Source: an uncultured Bacteroidales bacterium (GTDB lineage: Bacteria; Bacteroidota; Bacteroidia; Bacteroidales; Porphyromonadaceae). From it: a stretch of DNA of 64,000 nucleotides. How positions within the stretch are numbered: the first letter of the stretch is position 1; every line of letters starts with the position of its first letter. The stretch covers positions 38,606 to 102,605 of the forward strand of contig CABTZX010000001.1 of assembly GCA_902489445.1 (NCBI GenBank), read 5' to 3'. Below are positions 48,436 to 58,935 of the stretch, piece by piece. The notes under the pieces are model-generated. The model was not told where the DNA came from. It ran no database searches and saw nothing but the letters and a program-made list of their open reading frames with translations. The translations under genes and the position numbers were made by a program.

Positions 48436-49518
48436 TTATCTGTTGATAATCTTTTCCTTCAGTGCATCCAGAACTTCTTCCGGTGAGAAGAGCATACCGC
48501 CCATACGTCCGTAGTGTTCAACAGGAACGCGTCCTTCAGCTCCAAGCCTTACGTCTTCAACCATCTGACCGGCATTAAGTTCTACGGAGAGCATTCCCTT
48601 GCAGCTCTTTGAAAGTTTACTAATCGTATCGTAGGGGAAGGGCCAAAGAGTAATCGGACGAACCAATCCTATCTTTATTCCTTCTGCACGACCAATCTGT
48701 ACCACCTTTTGGCAAATACGTGCTGAGGAGCCGAATGCAACGAGAATATAGTCGGCATCTTCCGTCATATATTCTTCAACGCGCACTTCGTTTTCCTCAA
48801 TCTTGCGATACTTTTCCTGGAAACGTTCGTTATTCTTTTCCATCACGGCAGAATCAAGTTCCAGCGAAGTGATGATGTGTCGTTTTCCGTCTTTAGCACC
48901 AGTGGTTGCCCAGGGGCATTCTTTCTTAATTTCTTCGTCCGTACGACGCGGTTTGAAATCGGGCAGAGTAACTTTTTCCATCATCTGACCAATAATACCG
49001 TCAGCGAGGATTACGGCCGGGTTCCGATACTTAAATGCAAGTTCTATGCCAAGATCTACAAAATCGACCATTTCCTGTACGGAGTTGGGTGCCAATACAA
49101 TCAGCCGATAGTCACCATGTCCGCCACCCTTCGTCATTTGGAAATAATCCGCCTGACTGGGCTGAATGGTTCCGAGACCGGGGCCCCCACGCATAACGTT
49201 TACTACGAGGCAAGGCAGTTCGGCACCGGCCAAATAGCTGATCCCCTCGGACATCAAGCTGATGCCTGGGCTACTGGAGCTGGTCATAACCTTTTTCCCG
49301 CTGCCTGCACCTCCATATACCATATTGATGGAAGCTACTTCGCTTTCTGCCTGAAGTACTACCATTCCGGTAATTTCTTCCGGGTTTTCGGCAGTAAGCG
49401 TTTCTAATACCTCAGACTGAGGTGTGATGGGGTAACCAAAGTATCCGTCCATGCCGGCACGAATAGCCGCATGTGCGAGTGCTTCGTTACCTTTCATTAG
49501 TTTTACTTCTTTCGCCAT
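48436..49518 (-). CDS. korA: 2-oxoacid:ferredoxin oxidoreductase alpha subunit
   Basis: 360 aa: MKGNEALAHAAIRAGMDGYFGYPITPQSE. Confidence 0.9.
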   Translation of the reverse strand: MAKEVKLMKGNEALAHAAIRAGMDGYFGYPITPQSEVLETLTAENPEEITGMVVLQAESEVASINMVYGGAGSGKKVMTSSSSPGISLMSEGISYLAGAELPCLVVNVMRGGPGLGTIQPSQADYFQMTKGGGHGDYRLIVLAPNSVQEMVDFVDLGIELAFKYRNPAVILADGIIGQMMEKVTLPDFKPRRTDEEIKKECPWATTGAKDGKRHIITSLELDSAVMEKNNERFQEKYRKIEENEVRVEEYMTEDADYILVAFGSSARICQKVVQIGRAEGIKIGLVRPITLWPFPYDTISKLSKSCKGMLSVELNAGQMVEDVRLGAEGRVPVEHYGRMGGMLFSPEEVLDALKEKIINR

Positions 49519-49558
49519 ATTGCGTTATGTCCTTTTTCTCTCTGTTCTTTTCTTAGAT

Positions 49559-49786
49559 TTAAAGCTTTACCTTATATACGGTAATGCAACCATCAGGGCA
49601 TACCATTCCGCAGCTTGCACAACCGATGCAGGCTTCCGGATTGCTCATGTAACAATAGTGATACCCTTTGTCGTTCATTTCCGTTGGATGTAGCGAGATC
49701 GTATTGGTCGGGCATGCCACAACGCACAAGTTGCATCCTTTGCAACGCTGCTCGTTGACTACGATTGCTCCTCTTACTTTTGCCAT
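49559..49786 (-). CDS. korD: 4Fe-4S dicluster ferredoxin (oxidoreductase delta subunit)
   Basis: Two CxxCxxCxxxCP motifs in 75 aa. Confidence 0.85.
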   Translation of the reverse strand: MAKVRGAIVVNEQRCKGCNLCVVACPTNTISLHPTEMNDKGYHYCYMSNPEACIGCASCGMVCPDGCITVYKVKL

Positions 49787-50222
49787 ATTTTCTCTCCTAA
49801 GTTCTGTTAGTCTCTTTCTCTTTTCATAGGGTGTTACTTTGCCGTAACATTACCGAACCAAAGGTACACAATCTTTTTTTAATACCTACAAATAGTGACC
49901 AATGGTCTTTCTTTGAACTCTATAATGTCCTATTTTGCCATCTAATGATTGCAAAATCAACATATCTTTTCTGCTTTCTGAAAGAATAACCCCATTCTCA
50001 TGCCAATAGAGTGCCCCTGAGTGGGTACGAAGTTCGTTTTCTGTTGTTGTCCGGATGATGAAAAGGAGAACTATGGACGCATAGAACCATTCGGAACAAT
50101 AATGAGAATGGAGCGGTGATATGCGATATGAGCAAAAGAAAATGCAGACATATTCTCAACTCTCCACTATCATATCATAATGATAGGTAAATCCCTGCAC
50201 GCACAAGCCACAACGTCAATCT

Positions 50223-50308
50223 AAAAAGGTATATAGGTTTCAGTTGATAGGTATATAAGTTTCAGTTGATAGGTATATAGGTTTCACTCGGGAGGTATAC
50301 CTTTCGTG
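50223..50308. repeat. palindromic-box repeat array, 4 copies, in the divergent korD/lipoprotein promoter region
   Basis: aaaaaggtatataggtttcag / ttgataggtatataagtttcag / ttgataggtatataggtttcac / gggaggtatacctttcg. Confidence 0.85.
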
Positions 50309-50455
50309 TCAGCAGTTTCGTTATCTTTGTCGCGCGATGCTTTCTTTGAGTAGTGCGCTCCCCTTGCAGGCAGGGAACAAGATGCTTGCTGGTTGGTTAC
50401 AGTGCGCAGCTCAAAGGAGCAAAAGAGTATTAGGAACATAGAAAGAGTAAGGATC

Positions 50456-50833
50456 ATGAAACAGAAACTCAAAATCGCGTGTGCGCTGGTAGCGGTTATT
50501 ATTTGCGCAATTGCTTGTTCTCCCGAGCCTCAAGACGAGCAGTTTATCGGTACCTATTCGGGTAAAGTAGGGTACAACAAGGGTATTCAGAAGATACAGG
50601 GAGGAAACGGTTCGGTAACCGTAACACGCCGAGGTGACAACTTCTACTTTACATTCTCCGAAAACATTCCGGCATTGAACGGAATACCGATGGTTGGAAA
50701 GGGTAATGACAACTTTGTTTTGAAGGACGCCGAAACAAGTAGTAATACGGTTTCTATAAGCAGTACGGGTAGTTTGGAGATCTTCTACAAACTAAACGAC
50801 GAGACTTGGTTGGCGCACTGCAGCAGAAAATAG
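50456..50833 (+). CDS. hypothetical lipoprotein
   Basis: MKQKLKIACALVAVIICAIACS signal peptide plus lipobox. The internal Met at 50456 is chosen over the ORF-track start at 50393. Confidence 0.5.
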   Translation: MKQKLKIACALVAVIICAIACSPEPQDEQFIGTYSGKVGYNKGIQKIQGGNGSVTVTRRGDNFYFTFSENIPALNGIPMVGKGNDNFVLKDAETSSNTVSISSTGSLEIFYKLNDETWLAHCSRK

Positions 50834-50858
50834 TCGAGCGAGGACAGCAACGCGGATA

Positions 50859-51407
50859 GTGACAAGCAGACGTTTCGGCTTAAGGCAGCGTCTTGGAGCT
50901 TGGCTCAAGGCTCCCCTTACCACATTCGGACACGGTATTCATTCTCCCTTTCTGTATCAGTTGGTTACGGAAGTTTGGGATCCGCGTTACGAATTTTACC
51001 GAACGGCTTGGTTACAAGAGCGGACGCCTTTTGCTGACGATGCGCAGAAGCGTTCTGCATGGGCAGTTTGGCGCATAGCAGTGTACTACTCAGTGGCTCA
51101 AATTGATGCTTCCGGTGACTTGTCGTATACTATGGCTCGAACCATACGACAGCTCCGGGAGCATCCGGAAAGAGCAGTATCCGGACCGCACTCATCTGCT
51201 GCTCCGAACAGAATGTTCATATGCGGAAAGAGCTTCGAAGGCTCTCTGAATAAGGAACATTTGCTCGTTCTTACTCAAAGTTCACTTCGCAACGCTTGTC
51301 GCGTAGCAAATAGGGTAAACGCGCGGACTATCGTGCAGTTATTACCCTCGCTCTCTTTGTTGTGGAACAACCCTACGTTGCCGCGTAAAATATTCGTTGT
51401 TTCATGA
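50859..51407 (+). CDS. hypothetical protein (coding status uncertain)
   Basis: 182-codon ORF with no recognisable motifs and Arg/Ser/Ala-rich composition. Kept at low confidence. Confidence 0.3.
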   Translation: MTSRRFGLRQRLGAWLKAPLTTFGHGIHSPFLYQLVTEVWDPRYEFYRTAWLQERTPFADDAQKRSAWAVWRIAVYYSVAQIDASGDLSYTMARTIRQLREHPERAVSGPHSSAAPNRMFICGKSFEGSLNKEHLLVLTQSSLRNACRVANRVNARTIVQLLPSLSLLWNNPTLPRKIFVVS

Positions 51408-51679
51408 TGTTGCCATACAGTTTCTATTGCGAACACACTGTTGTTCAATATGATACATAGTTGTTCCATTAGGCATTACCATAGGTTTCTTTAGATCAAT
51501 TCTCGTCGGTTCTTAAACGTCTTATATGTTCTTGTGAAAAATAGGGTAGTGTTGGGGAGGATTTTCCTGATTTGTGGCTGCTTCTCAGTTTTCTTTGCTT
51601 GAAAACAAAGCGTTCACAGCCATTTTTTACTACCTTTGGAAAGAGAATAAAGTGACTAAAAGCGAACAAGATAGCGATC

Positions 51680-52273
51680 ATGAGCAAGAAAAGCAGATTA
51701 TATACCGCCAAGGGCGATAAAGGAACAACCTCATTGGTTGGGGGACAGAGAGTGAGCAAAGGTGATCAGCGACTCGTTTCCTATGGTACAGTGGACGAAT
51801 TGAACTCACTCATCGGAATACTTCTTGCAGAGGAAATGCCCGAATCAGACCGAGGGCTCTTTGTAATGATACAGAATGCGCTCTTCGTTATAGGGAGCGA
51901 CCTGGCAACTTTGCCCGAAGATATTTCCGTAAAACAACGTTTTGCTTTGCCGGAAAGTGTGGTACATCAGCTCGAAAGTGCTATTGATGAGTACGATGCC
52001 TCTCTGCCACCTATGAAAGGATTTATTCTCCCGGGAGGCGGACGGATGGCATCTACGGCTCATTTGGCGCGTACGGTTTGTCGCAGAGCAGAGCGCGAAA
52101 TTGTCCGTTTGATGGATTTGGTTCCCGAAGAGGAGCGTGCATTAACGATAGCCGAACCTAATATGCGTTTTATGAACAGACTGAGCGATTTGCTCTTTGT
52201 TTATGCGCGTATGGCGGCACACCGATCGGGTGAACCTGAGGTTTTATGGAGTCCAAATTGTTTTTCCGAATAG
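51680..52273 (+). CDS. ATP:cob(I)alamin adenosyltransferase, PduO/MMAB type
   Basis: TAKGDKGTTSL...TVDELNS N-terminal signature of PduO-type adenosyltransferases. 197 aa. Confidence 0.85.
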   Translation: MSKKSRLYTAKGDKGTTSLVGGQRVSKGDQRLVSYGTVDELNSLIGILLAEEMPESDRGLFVMIQNALFVIGSDLATLPEDISVKQRFALPESVVHQLESAIDEYDASLPPMKGFILPGGGRMASTAHLARTVCRRAEREIVRLMDLVPEEERALTIAEPNMRFMNRLSDLLFVYARMAAHRSGEPEVLWSPNCFSE

Positions 52274-52352
52274 ATAATACTATTTTTGCAGCCGTTTACC
52301 GCACATAGGCGGCAAAATGGCGAACAAAACCTATTAGTGTGAGAGAAAAAGT

Positions 52353-52574
52353 ATGTACTGGACCCTTGAATTAGCTTCGCGTTTGGACGATGCTCCATGG
52401 CCTGCCACCAAAGAAGAACTCATTGATTACGCGCAAAGAAGCGGTGCTCCGCTCGAATTGATTGAGAATCTTTCCGAAATTGATGAGGATGGGGAGGTGT
52501 ATGACTCTATAGAAGATATTTGGCCGGATTATCCGCGCAACGAAGATTTCTTCTTCAACGAAGACGAATATTAG
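52353..52574 (+). CDS. small acidic hypothetical protein (DUF2795-like)
   Basis: The 73-aa sequence MYWTLELASRLDDAPWPATKEELIDYAQRSGAPLELIENL resembles the conserved Bacteroidetes DUF2795 family, from memory. Confidence 0.5.
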   Translation: MYWTLELASRLDDAPWPATKEELIDYAQRSGAPLELIENLSEIDEDGEVYDSIEDIWPDYPRNEDFFFNEDEY

Positions 52575-53671
52575 AGTTTGGCACTCATGTAGAGGGCGAT
52601 TGCGTGACTAAATGAGCCACCCGGGTGTAGCCACGCATCTCCTTGTAAGCGAAGTCCAAACTGCTCATTTTGGTACAATTGATAAGCGAGCAACAGACGC
52701 ATAAAGCGCGTTTTGTTGCTCGCTGTGTTTAGTGCATTATAAAAAGGTCCACTCCAAGTAGCGTAATAGTTGCTGCCGTACCAACCTTCTATCGCTGCGT
52801 CTATACCTTTCCAACGGCCTTGTAGGGTAACATCTATACCTAAGCCGTTGGGACGCGAATGCCGTGAGGAAGCAGAAAGTAACCCATAGCCGCTCAACCC
52901 TATTGATGCGTTTGGATGAATCATATAGCACCATTCTGCTCCCAAAGCGGCAGCCAGCCTTGTTTGCGCTGTTTCTCCCGGTTGAATGTTATATACTTCA
53001 CCTCCACGATGGGTACCAATGCTTTTCACCGCTACAGTTAGTTTTTGCGTTGTGGAGAGGTGAAATGGGACGGAAGCTGCTAATCCAAAGGTAAAAAGCT
53101 CCTGATGGTTATCTCGCGGAAAAATGAAGTTTTGCCAATCAACCCACGTATCTAAGAGTAAAAACCGCCATTCTCCCCTAAAACGAACTCCCTGTTCGGG
53201 GAAAGCCGTATAGCGAAGTTCCTTGTTATAAAGAGCATCCGGAAGTTGATGATCCGCATCGCTTGAGCCGATTTGTACCATCATTTCCTTGCCGATGTAG
53301 GTTTTAATTTGAAAAATGGGTCGGAAGAAGGGTAGGGCGTTCTTCCTTCGTGTGCTGTCGCTGATATTAGTAAAAGAGCTCCCATAGGCAAGCTGTGGAT
53401 AGCTTTGTGCTCCAAAATAGCCCAAAAGGAATCCACCAAGGGAAACTTCCCATTTATCCTTTTGATAACCAACAGTCCCTGAAAGGCGATACCCCGGCAA
53501 AGTGTAGCCGATTCCGAACGGCTCCTTGTACTCGTTGTTTCGGAAAAAGCCTGTGGCGGAAACAGAGTAAAACCAAGGTGAAATACGGGTTGAGCCCGTT
53601 TGTGCATAGGTCGTTAAGCAAAACGAGATACTGAACAATGTGTAAAGAAGTCGACTAATGCGATGCTTCAT
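52571..53671 (-). CDS. hypothetical outer-membrane beta-barrel protein with signal peptide
   Basis: Signal peptide ending LTTYAQ. Alternating aromatic beta-strand pattern and a C-terminal residue F/L consistent with an OMP. Confidence 0.5.
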   Translation of the reverse strand: MKHRISRLLYTLFSISFCLTTYAQTGSTRISPWFYSVSATGFFRNNEYKEPFGIGYTLPGYRLSGTVGYQKDKWEVSLGGFLLGYFGAQSYPQLAYGSSFTNISDSTRRKNALPFFRPIFQIKTYIGKEMMVQIGSSDADHQLPDALYNKELRYTAFPEQGVRFRGEWRFLLLDTWVDWQNFIFPRDNHQELFTFGLAASVPFHLSTTQKLTVAVKSIGTHRGGEVYNIQPGETAQTRLAAALGAEWCYMIHPNASIGLSGYGLLSASSRHSRPNGLGIDVTLQGRWKGIDAAIEGWYGSNYYATWSGPFYNALNTASNKTRFMRLLLAYQLYQNEQFGLRLQGDAWLHPGGSFSHAIALYMSAKL

Positions 53672-53677
53672 AGGGTA

Positions 53678-54613
53678 TTAGGCAAGCTTAAATACATAAA
53701 TGAGAGAACTCGCCTCCGTGGGGTTGCGGCGTGCGGCATAGTTAGACCGCAGTCCTGTATAGAAAGCGCGGAAATAGCCCCATATACCTTTGCGCCCTCG
53801 TTGTTGTTCACTTAGAAGCGAAATATAGTACGCATCAAACGGCATTGGGTGCTTTTCAATCAGCCGAAATCCTTCGTTTTGCGCCAAACGACAGATATGC
53901 TCGGGAGCGAAATGCCACAAATGACGTGGTACATCGTAGGCGGCCCAAGAACAGCTATAGTGCTTTGCATCCCAAGAAGTGTGGTTAGGCAATGCCAGTA
54001 TCAAAGTTCCATCTGCCGTTAGTAGCTTACGGAATAGAGCAAAATGCTCTTTCAGATCAGGAATATGCTCCAGAACATGCCAAAGAGTAATAAAATTGAC
54101 TCCGGCACGAGGTAACTGTGCCTCTTTCAAATAGGGACTTGTGGCAAGATGATGCTTTTTCTCAATAAAACTGCGTGCCTCGGCATCCTGTTCAATGCAG
54201 TGCACGCGATAGCCTTTTTGCTGCATATAGGCAGCAAAAAAGCCGGTTCCGGCACCAACATCTACTATTAGGCCTCCTTTCTGCCCTTTGCTCAATCGGT
54301 CAATAAGCTTGTATTTGCTTCGTAAGGTGCGATGGCGCACCCAATGATAGAGATGGTTGGTTAGACCGCGATGCGTGTCGCTATGCGAGATATACGCCTT
54401 GTTTCGGTAAAAAGAACCAAGTTCCGAAGGTACCGGTGCATCCCCAGTAACGAGCATACCGCACTTTTCGCACCTCAGAAGGGGAAAAATGCGCTGGGAA
54501 ACTAACTCATCCCGAGCTTCCCCAACCTTACTGTAGGTAGTGCCACTACATATGGGACAGGGGTTGTATGTAGTTAGTTCCTGTTCTTTTCGCTCTTTTT
54601 CGCTTCCTGCCAT
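53678..54613 (-). CDS. class I SAM-dependent methyltransferase with an N-terminal zinc ribbon
   Basis: CPICSG...CEKCG zinc ribbon, then the SAM motif IVDVGAGTGFF and the motif-II-like LILALPNH. Confidence 0.75.
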   Translation of the reverse strand: MAGSEKERKEQELTTYNPCPICSGTTYSKVGEARDELVSQRIFPLLRCEKCGMLVTGDAPVPSELGSFYRNKAYISHSDTHRGLTNHLYHWVRHRTLRSKYKLIDRLSKGQKGGLIVDVGAGTGFFAAYMQQKGYRVHCIEQDAEARSFIEKKHHLATSPYLKEAQLPRAGVNFITLWHVLEHIPDLKEHFALFRKLLTADGTLILALPNHTSWDAKHYSCSWAAYDVPRHLWHFAPEHICRLAQNEGFRLIEKHPMPFDAYYISLLSEQQRGRKGIWGYFRAFYTGLRSNYAARRNPTEASSLIYVFKLA

Positions 54614-55368
54614 AGCGTTTCCATCTCGTCCAACGTTAGGTCGCTCAATTTGAGTCCCTTTTGTCGTGCTTTTTCTTCAGCGAAGCCGATTCGGTAAGTA
54701 AACTTACGGTTTGTACGTTCTAATGCCGTATCCGGATTTATTCCATAAAGTCGCGCCGCATTTACAATTGCGAAGAGCAAATCGCCCATCTCAGCTTCCA
54801 TGGCATCGGGATCATTTTGGGCAATAGCTTGGTCCAATTCGGTACGTTCTTCCGCCACTTTTTGCCACACCTCGGTGCGTTCTTTCCAATCAAAACCTAC
54901 TGCAGCAGCCTTTTCGCTAATCCGGTATGCTTTTACAAGTGATGGAAGGGAGGAGGGAACACCGCTCAGTAACGTTTTATTACCACCTTTTTCTACCTGT
55001 TTGACCCGTTCCCACTGATTAACAACCGCTTCCGCCGAATCGGCTTGTGCATTGCCATAAATGTGGGGATGGCGAAAAATGAGCTTGTTGCACAGAGTGT
55101 TGCAAACATCGGCAATATCGAATTTGCCCTGTTCTTCGGCTATTTTTGCGTAGAAAACGATGTGCAACAATACGTCACCCAGCTCTTTTTTCTCTTCTGT
55201 AGTATTGTTGCTGAGTAACGCTTCCGATAGTTCGTGCACCTCCTCAATGGTATTTGTACGCAAAGAAGCGTTCGTTTGCTTTTTATCCCAAGGACAATGC
55301 GTGCGCAACATATCCAGAACATCGAGCAAACGCGCAAATGCGTCTACTTTATTAGCCTTGTTATTCAT
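54574..55368 (-). CDS. mazG: nucleoside triphosphate pyrophosphohydrolase MazG
   Basis: Two MazG EExxE-type modules (EEVHELSEAL, EMGDLLFAIV), CPWDKKQT near the N-terminus and RHPH. 264 aa. Confidence 0.85.
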   Translation of the reverse strand: MNNKANKVDAFARLLDVLDMLRTHCPWDKKQTNASLRTNTIEEVHELSEALLSNNTTEEKKELGDVLLHIVFYAKIAEEQGKFDIADVCNTLCNKLIFRHPHIYGNAQADSAEAVVNQWERVKQVEKGGNKTLLSGVPSSLPSLVKAYRISEKAAAVGFDWKERTEVWQKVAEERTELDQAIAQNDPDAMEAEMGDLLFAIVNAARLYGINPDTALERTNRKFTYRIGFAEEKARQKGLKLSDLTLDEMETLWQEAKKSEKNRN

Positions 55369-57377
55369 TGGTTTCTTCCGGGAACGGGCTTGCCGTTATC
55401 CGTTCTTTCTTTGTACTCTTTCAGTCCGCTTTGGAGAAAATCTATATAGCGTTGCACGTTTAAGTCGCGTTTATAGGAGGCACTCAAGGGTATCCCGTTG
55501 TGATCCACAGGTATATAGAAAGGTTGCGAACTTGCTCCAAATTTTGTGCGTTGCAGGTAGCTCCACTTATCGCCTATAGTCCGAAGCGTGCGTTTCTTTC
55601 CGGCATCATCCACGACAATTGGTTCCGGTAAGGCAGTCTTATCGTCCACGATTAGTGTAATCAGTACATAATCCTGTTCTAAGATCTTTTTTACTCTCGG
55701 ATCGATCCATACATTGTTCTCCATTTCACGGCAGTTTACACAGCCAAATCCGGAGAAATCGATCAAAACAGGCTTGTTTTGCTTCTCTGCATATCGCATT
55801 CCTTCCTCAAAATCATCAAACTGTGCGTGAACGTTACCCTCGTAAAGGTTGAAATCCTGCGTATAAGCAGGTGGTGAAAAGGCACTTATTGCCCGAAGCG
55901 GTGCGCCCCATAAGCCCGGCACCATATATACGGCAAAAGAAAGGGATATTACAGCAAGGAAAAACCTTCCCACTCCTATCTTCTCCAAAGGCGTATCGTG
56001 TGGGAAACGAATCTTTCCCAATAGATAAACACCGAGTAAAAAGAATATAACTATCCATAGAGCGAGGAAGGTTTCACGATCCAAAATGCCCCATCCGTAT
56101 GCTAAATCGGCTACAGAAAGGAATTTTAGCGACAAGGCAAGTTCCAAGAATGCCATCACTACTTTAACCGAATTGAGCCATCCTCCGCTCTTAGGCATGC
56201 TTTGTAACCAATGAGGGAAGACGGCAAATAGGCTAAACGGAAGAGCCAGAGCTATGGCAAATCCGAACATACCTATCATTGGTCCCAAAATCTGCCCCAT
56301 CGAAGCAGCTTGCACAAGTAAAGTTCCGATTATTGGTCCCGTACAGGAAAATGAAACAAGTACTAATGTAAACGCCATAAAGAAGATGCTGAGCGCGCCA
56401 CGAGTACTATCGGCCTTACTATCAATGCGGTTAGTCCAGCGAGACGGTAGAACAATTTCGAATGCTCCAAAGAAGGAAACGGCGAAAAAGACCAGTAATG
56501 CAAAGAAAATTAGGTTGAAAATGGCGTTAGTCGAAAGGCTATTCAGCGCACTTGCTCCGAAAAGAAGAGTGATTGCTACGCCTAAAACGAGGTAAATGAC
56601 AATAATTGCTATGCCGTAAATGAGTGCGTCCCGTATGGCTTCACGTCTCTTTTTTGTTCTTTTGAGGAAGAAGCTGACCGTCATGGGTATCATCGGCCAA
56701 ACGCAAGGGGTGAGTAGTGCAATTAGCCCACCGAGGAATCCGAATAGGAAAATCATCCAAAGTGAGCTGTTTGCCTGACGCATGGAAACGTCTCCATAGG
56801 CTTGAAGCACATCAGTGACCGGTTCATAGATTTTGGCGTTATCTGTTTCCGTTTCGTCAAGAGGCGTAAATGTGAGTGCAGCAGTGGTTGTATCGGCTTC
56901 TGCTACCGTTTCTGCCCCAAAAGAGAACTTTTCTCCTGATGGAGCCAAACAGGTTTCGTCGTTGCAAGCCTGCGCTCTTGTTTCTACTACCAGTGCAAAA
57001 TTATCGGCATCAGTAACACGCAATTTTTGCCGAAAAACCACTTTTGTTTGGAACCATCTCAGTTTCATTTGGAACTGTTGATCGTAGCTTTCCTCCGGAG
57101 CGCGGTCAGCTTCAAAATCACCAATCCGTTCCGCTCCACGCAACGTGTTGAAGAGAAACTCGGTTGAATTCGGTCCTCCCTCGGGAAGATTACGGTCGTA
57201 CATATGCCAACCGGGCTCTATTTTTGCGGTAAGAACGAGCGTTTTCTCCTCTTTCGCTGTTTCTTCAATAGAGGCACTCCACTTGATTACATCGTCGTAT
57301 AGCTGAGCATTAACACGCGAGAAGGGTAGTAGCGCGAATAATACAAGGAGTATTGGGGTCAATCGGTTAGACTTCAT
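55365..57377 (-). CDS. dsbD: thiol:disulfide interchange protein DsbD family (CcdA-like membrane core plus C-terminal thioredoxin domain)
   Basis: Signal peptide, multi-TM core with TPCVWP/CTGP-type cysteines, and a C-terminal thioredoxin-fold CVNC motif. 670 aa. Confidence 0.85.
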   Translation of the reverse strand: MKSNRLTPILLVLFALLPFSRVNAQLYDDVIKWSASIEETAKEEKTLVLTAKIEPGWHMYDRNLPEGGPNSTEFLFNTLRGAERIGDFEADRAPEESYDQQFQMKLRWFQTKVVFRQKLRVTDADNFALVVETRAQACNDETCLAPSGEKFSFGAETVAEADTTTAALTFTPLDETETDNAKIYEPVTDVLQAYGDVSMRQANSSLWMIFLFGFLGGLIALLTPCVWPMIPMTVSFFLKRTKKRREAIRDALIYGIAIIVIYLVLGVAITLLFGASALNSLSTNAIFNLIFFALLVFFAVSFFGAFEIVLPSRWTNRIDSKADSTRGALSIFFMAFTLVLVSFSCTGPIIGTLLVQAASMGQILGPMIGMFGFAIALALPFSLFAVFPHWLQSMPKSGGWLNSVKVVMAFLELALSLKFLSVADLAYGWGILDRETFLALWIVIFFLLGVYLLGKIRFPHDTPLEKIGVGRFFLAVISLSFAVYMVPGLWGAPLRAISAFSPPAYTQDFNLYEGNVHAQFDDFEEGMRYAEKQNKPVLIDFSGFGCVNCREMENNVWIDPRVKKILEQDYVLITLIVDDKTALPEPIVVDDAGKKRTLRTIGDKWSYLQRTKFGASSQPFYIPVDHNGIPLSASYKRDLNVQRYIDFLQSGLKEYKERTDNGKPVPGRNQ

Positions 57378-57387
57378 ATGATTAACT

Positions 57388-58326
57388 CTATTCTTTTCTA
57401 TTGTTTTCTGCCTTTTGTTCCTCTAACAGGGCAATAGCGGCACGTTGTTTTCTTGTCGGTATTTTGCGCAAAAGAGCGTCAAAATTCTCATTTTGGGCGG
57501 ACGTGAAGCGCATTTCTTTCCCCGTTTCGGGGTGTATGAGCGTCAGTTGTTTTTGGTAGAAAGCGAGGCCTTTGGAATAAGTGAGGATGACGTGTTCGTG
57601 CTGATCTCCCAAAATAGCGTGTCCCGAGGCTTTAAGTGTTGTACGGATGGCGTTATGACGCCCCAAAAGACGTAATTCCATTAGTGTACACCACGCTCCA
57701 TATCCCAATACGCTGTATTCTGTTGTGGCGGCGCGTTCACTTCCCTCTTTCGGTTTTGTTATTTGTCCCTTTCGGGGGAAAAGTATTCCTTCTACTACGG
57801 CAATGAACGTTTGTTCCGGAATGTAGCGCGTCCAGTCGGCTAAAATCGTCTGTTGTACTTCGCGAGAACGAGCAAAAAGGATCAATCCGCGCGTAGCACC
57901 ATCCAACCGGTTTAGTAAAAAGATTTTCGCACGCGGATCTGTTGCTTTTTCATGAGCCGCAACCAAGCGGTAAAGGGTATCACCTTTCATACCTCCTTTC
58001 GCTATTGTTGGCAATCCGGCGCGTTTCTCTACTAAAATCAAATGCTCGTCGCGCCACAACTCCTCTGCTAAAGGATGCCGAAACGAATCCGGAAGTCCAC
58101 GGGCAAATACCTCTATAAGATTTCCGGGAACTATAGGCGAATCATAGCGTGTAACCACTTTCCCGTTAATGGTAACGCATCTTTTGGCAAGAAACTGTTT
58201 GATACGCTGATTGCTCAATGGTGGCTTAATCGTGCGGAGTAGCTCTGAGAGTGTAGTTGCCTCTTCTGCACGGAGTCGATAGATAGGTGGCTTTTGTGAG
58301 CTTGAAAGTGGATGTTTGCCGTTCAT
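57388..58326 (-). CDS. RluA-family RNA pseudouridine synthase with an N-terminal S4 domain
   Basis: LNRLDGATRGLILFARS is the RluA catalytic HRLD-type motif. An S4-like N-terminus is present. 312 aa. Confidence 0.8.
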   Translation of the reverse strand: MNGKHPLSSSQKPPIYRLRAEEATTLSELLRTIKPPLSNQRIKQFLAKRCVTINGKVVTRYDSPIVPGNLIEVFARGLPDSFRHPLAEELWRDEHLILVEKRAGLPTIAKGGMKGDTLYRLVAAHEKATDPRAKIFLLNRLDGATRGLILFARSREVQQTILADWTRYIPEQTFIAVVEGILFPRKGQITKPKEGSERAATTEYSVLGYGAWCTLMELRLLGRHNAIRTTLKASGHAILGDQHEHVILTYSKGLAFYQKQLTLIHPETGKEMRFTSAQNENFDALLRKIPTRKQRAAIALLEEQKAENNRKE

Positions 58327-58330
58327 ATTG

Positions 58331-58714
58331 CTATCTTTTCAGAAAAGTGAGGCACAGATTGCCATTAATATAGAAAACCGTGCCGACCACAGCCCATACA
58401 GACCACGAACTTTGGCCTACGATCAGCATAACGGCAGCAAATATCCAAAAGAAGCCGGCGATTATAGCTATCGTTCGCCACCGTTTTTCGCGCAAATGGA
58501 TTCGTTTGTTTGCTTCCGGGCGTGTAGCGTCGTTTCCCTGTTCCGGAGCACGAAGTAGAAAGGAAAAGGTATAGGCGATTCCTCCGAACAGAAGTATCCA
58601 ACCCGAAAATGGGGTTTTATCAACGAAAACGGACGTACCTACACCGATTAAAAGGAGCAGGCTTCCCACAACGAAGAGCGTGTTTTTGAGTCTGTTAAGT
58701 GTTTGGTTGTTCAT
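58331..58714 (-). CDS. hypothetical 4-TM membrane protein
   Basis: 127 aa with two hydrophobic hairpins. Directly downstream of the pseudouridine synthase. Confidence 0.45.
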   Translation of the reverse strand: MNNQTLNRLKNTLFVVGSLLLLIGVGTSVFVDKTPFSGWILLFGGIAYTFSFLLRAPEQGNDATRPEANKRIHLREKRWRTIAIIAGFFWIFAAVMLIVGQSSWSVWAVVGTVFYINGNLCLTFLKR

Positions 58715-58935
58715 TTTTCTCTATTGCTTGTATCGGGCCGGTTTCGATGAGAACGAAAGCATATTTGTACTAATCATGTTACACAAGTGATAAGAGGTGT
58801 TTCGGTTAGCTTGCAACGTGAAAGAATATAGAAATGTATTGGGGGGTATTACCCTTAATAACCCTATATGTCCGTAACGATTGCTTGCGCTAAAAATCCT
58901 CTTTTTATCCGCCTTTGCGTTTGTTACCACGTCAT

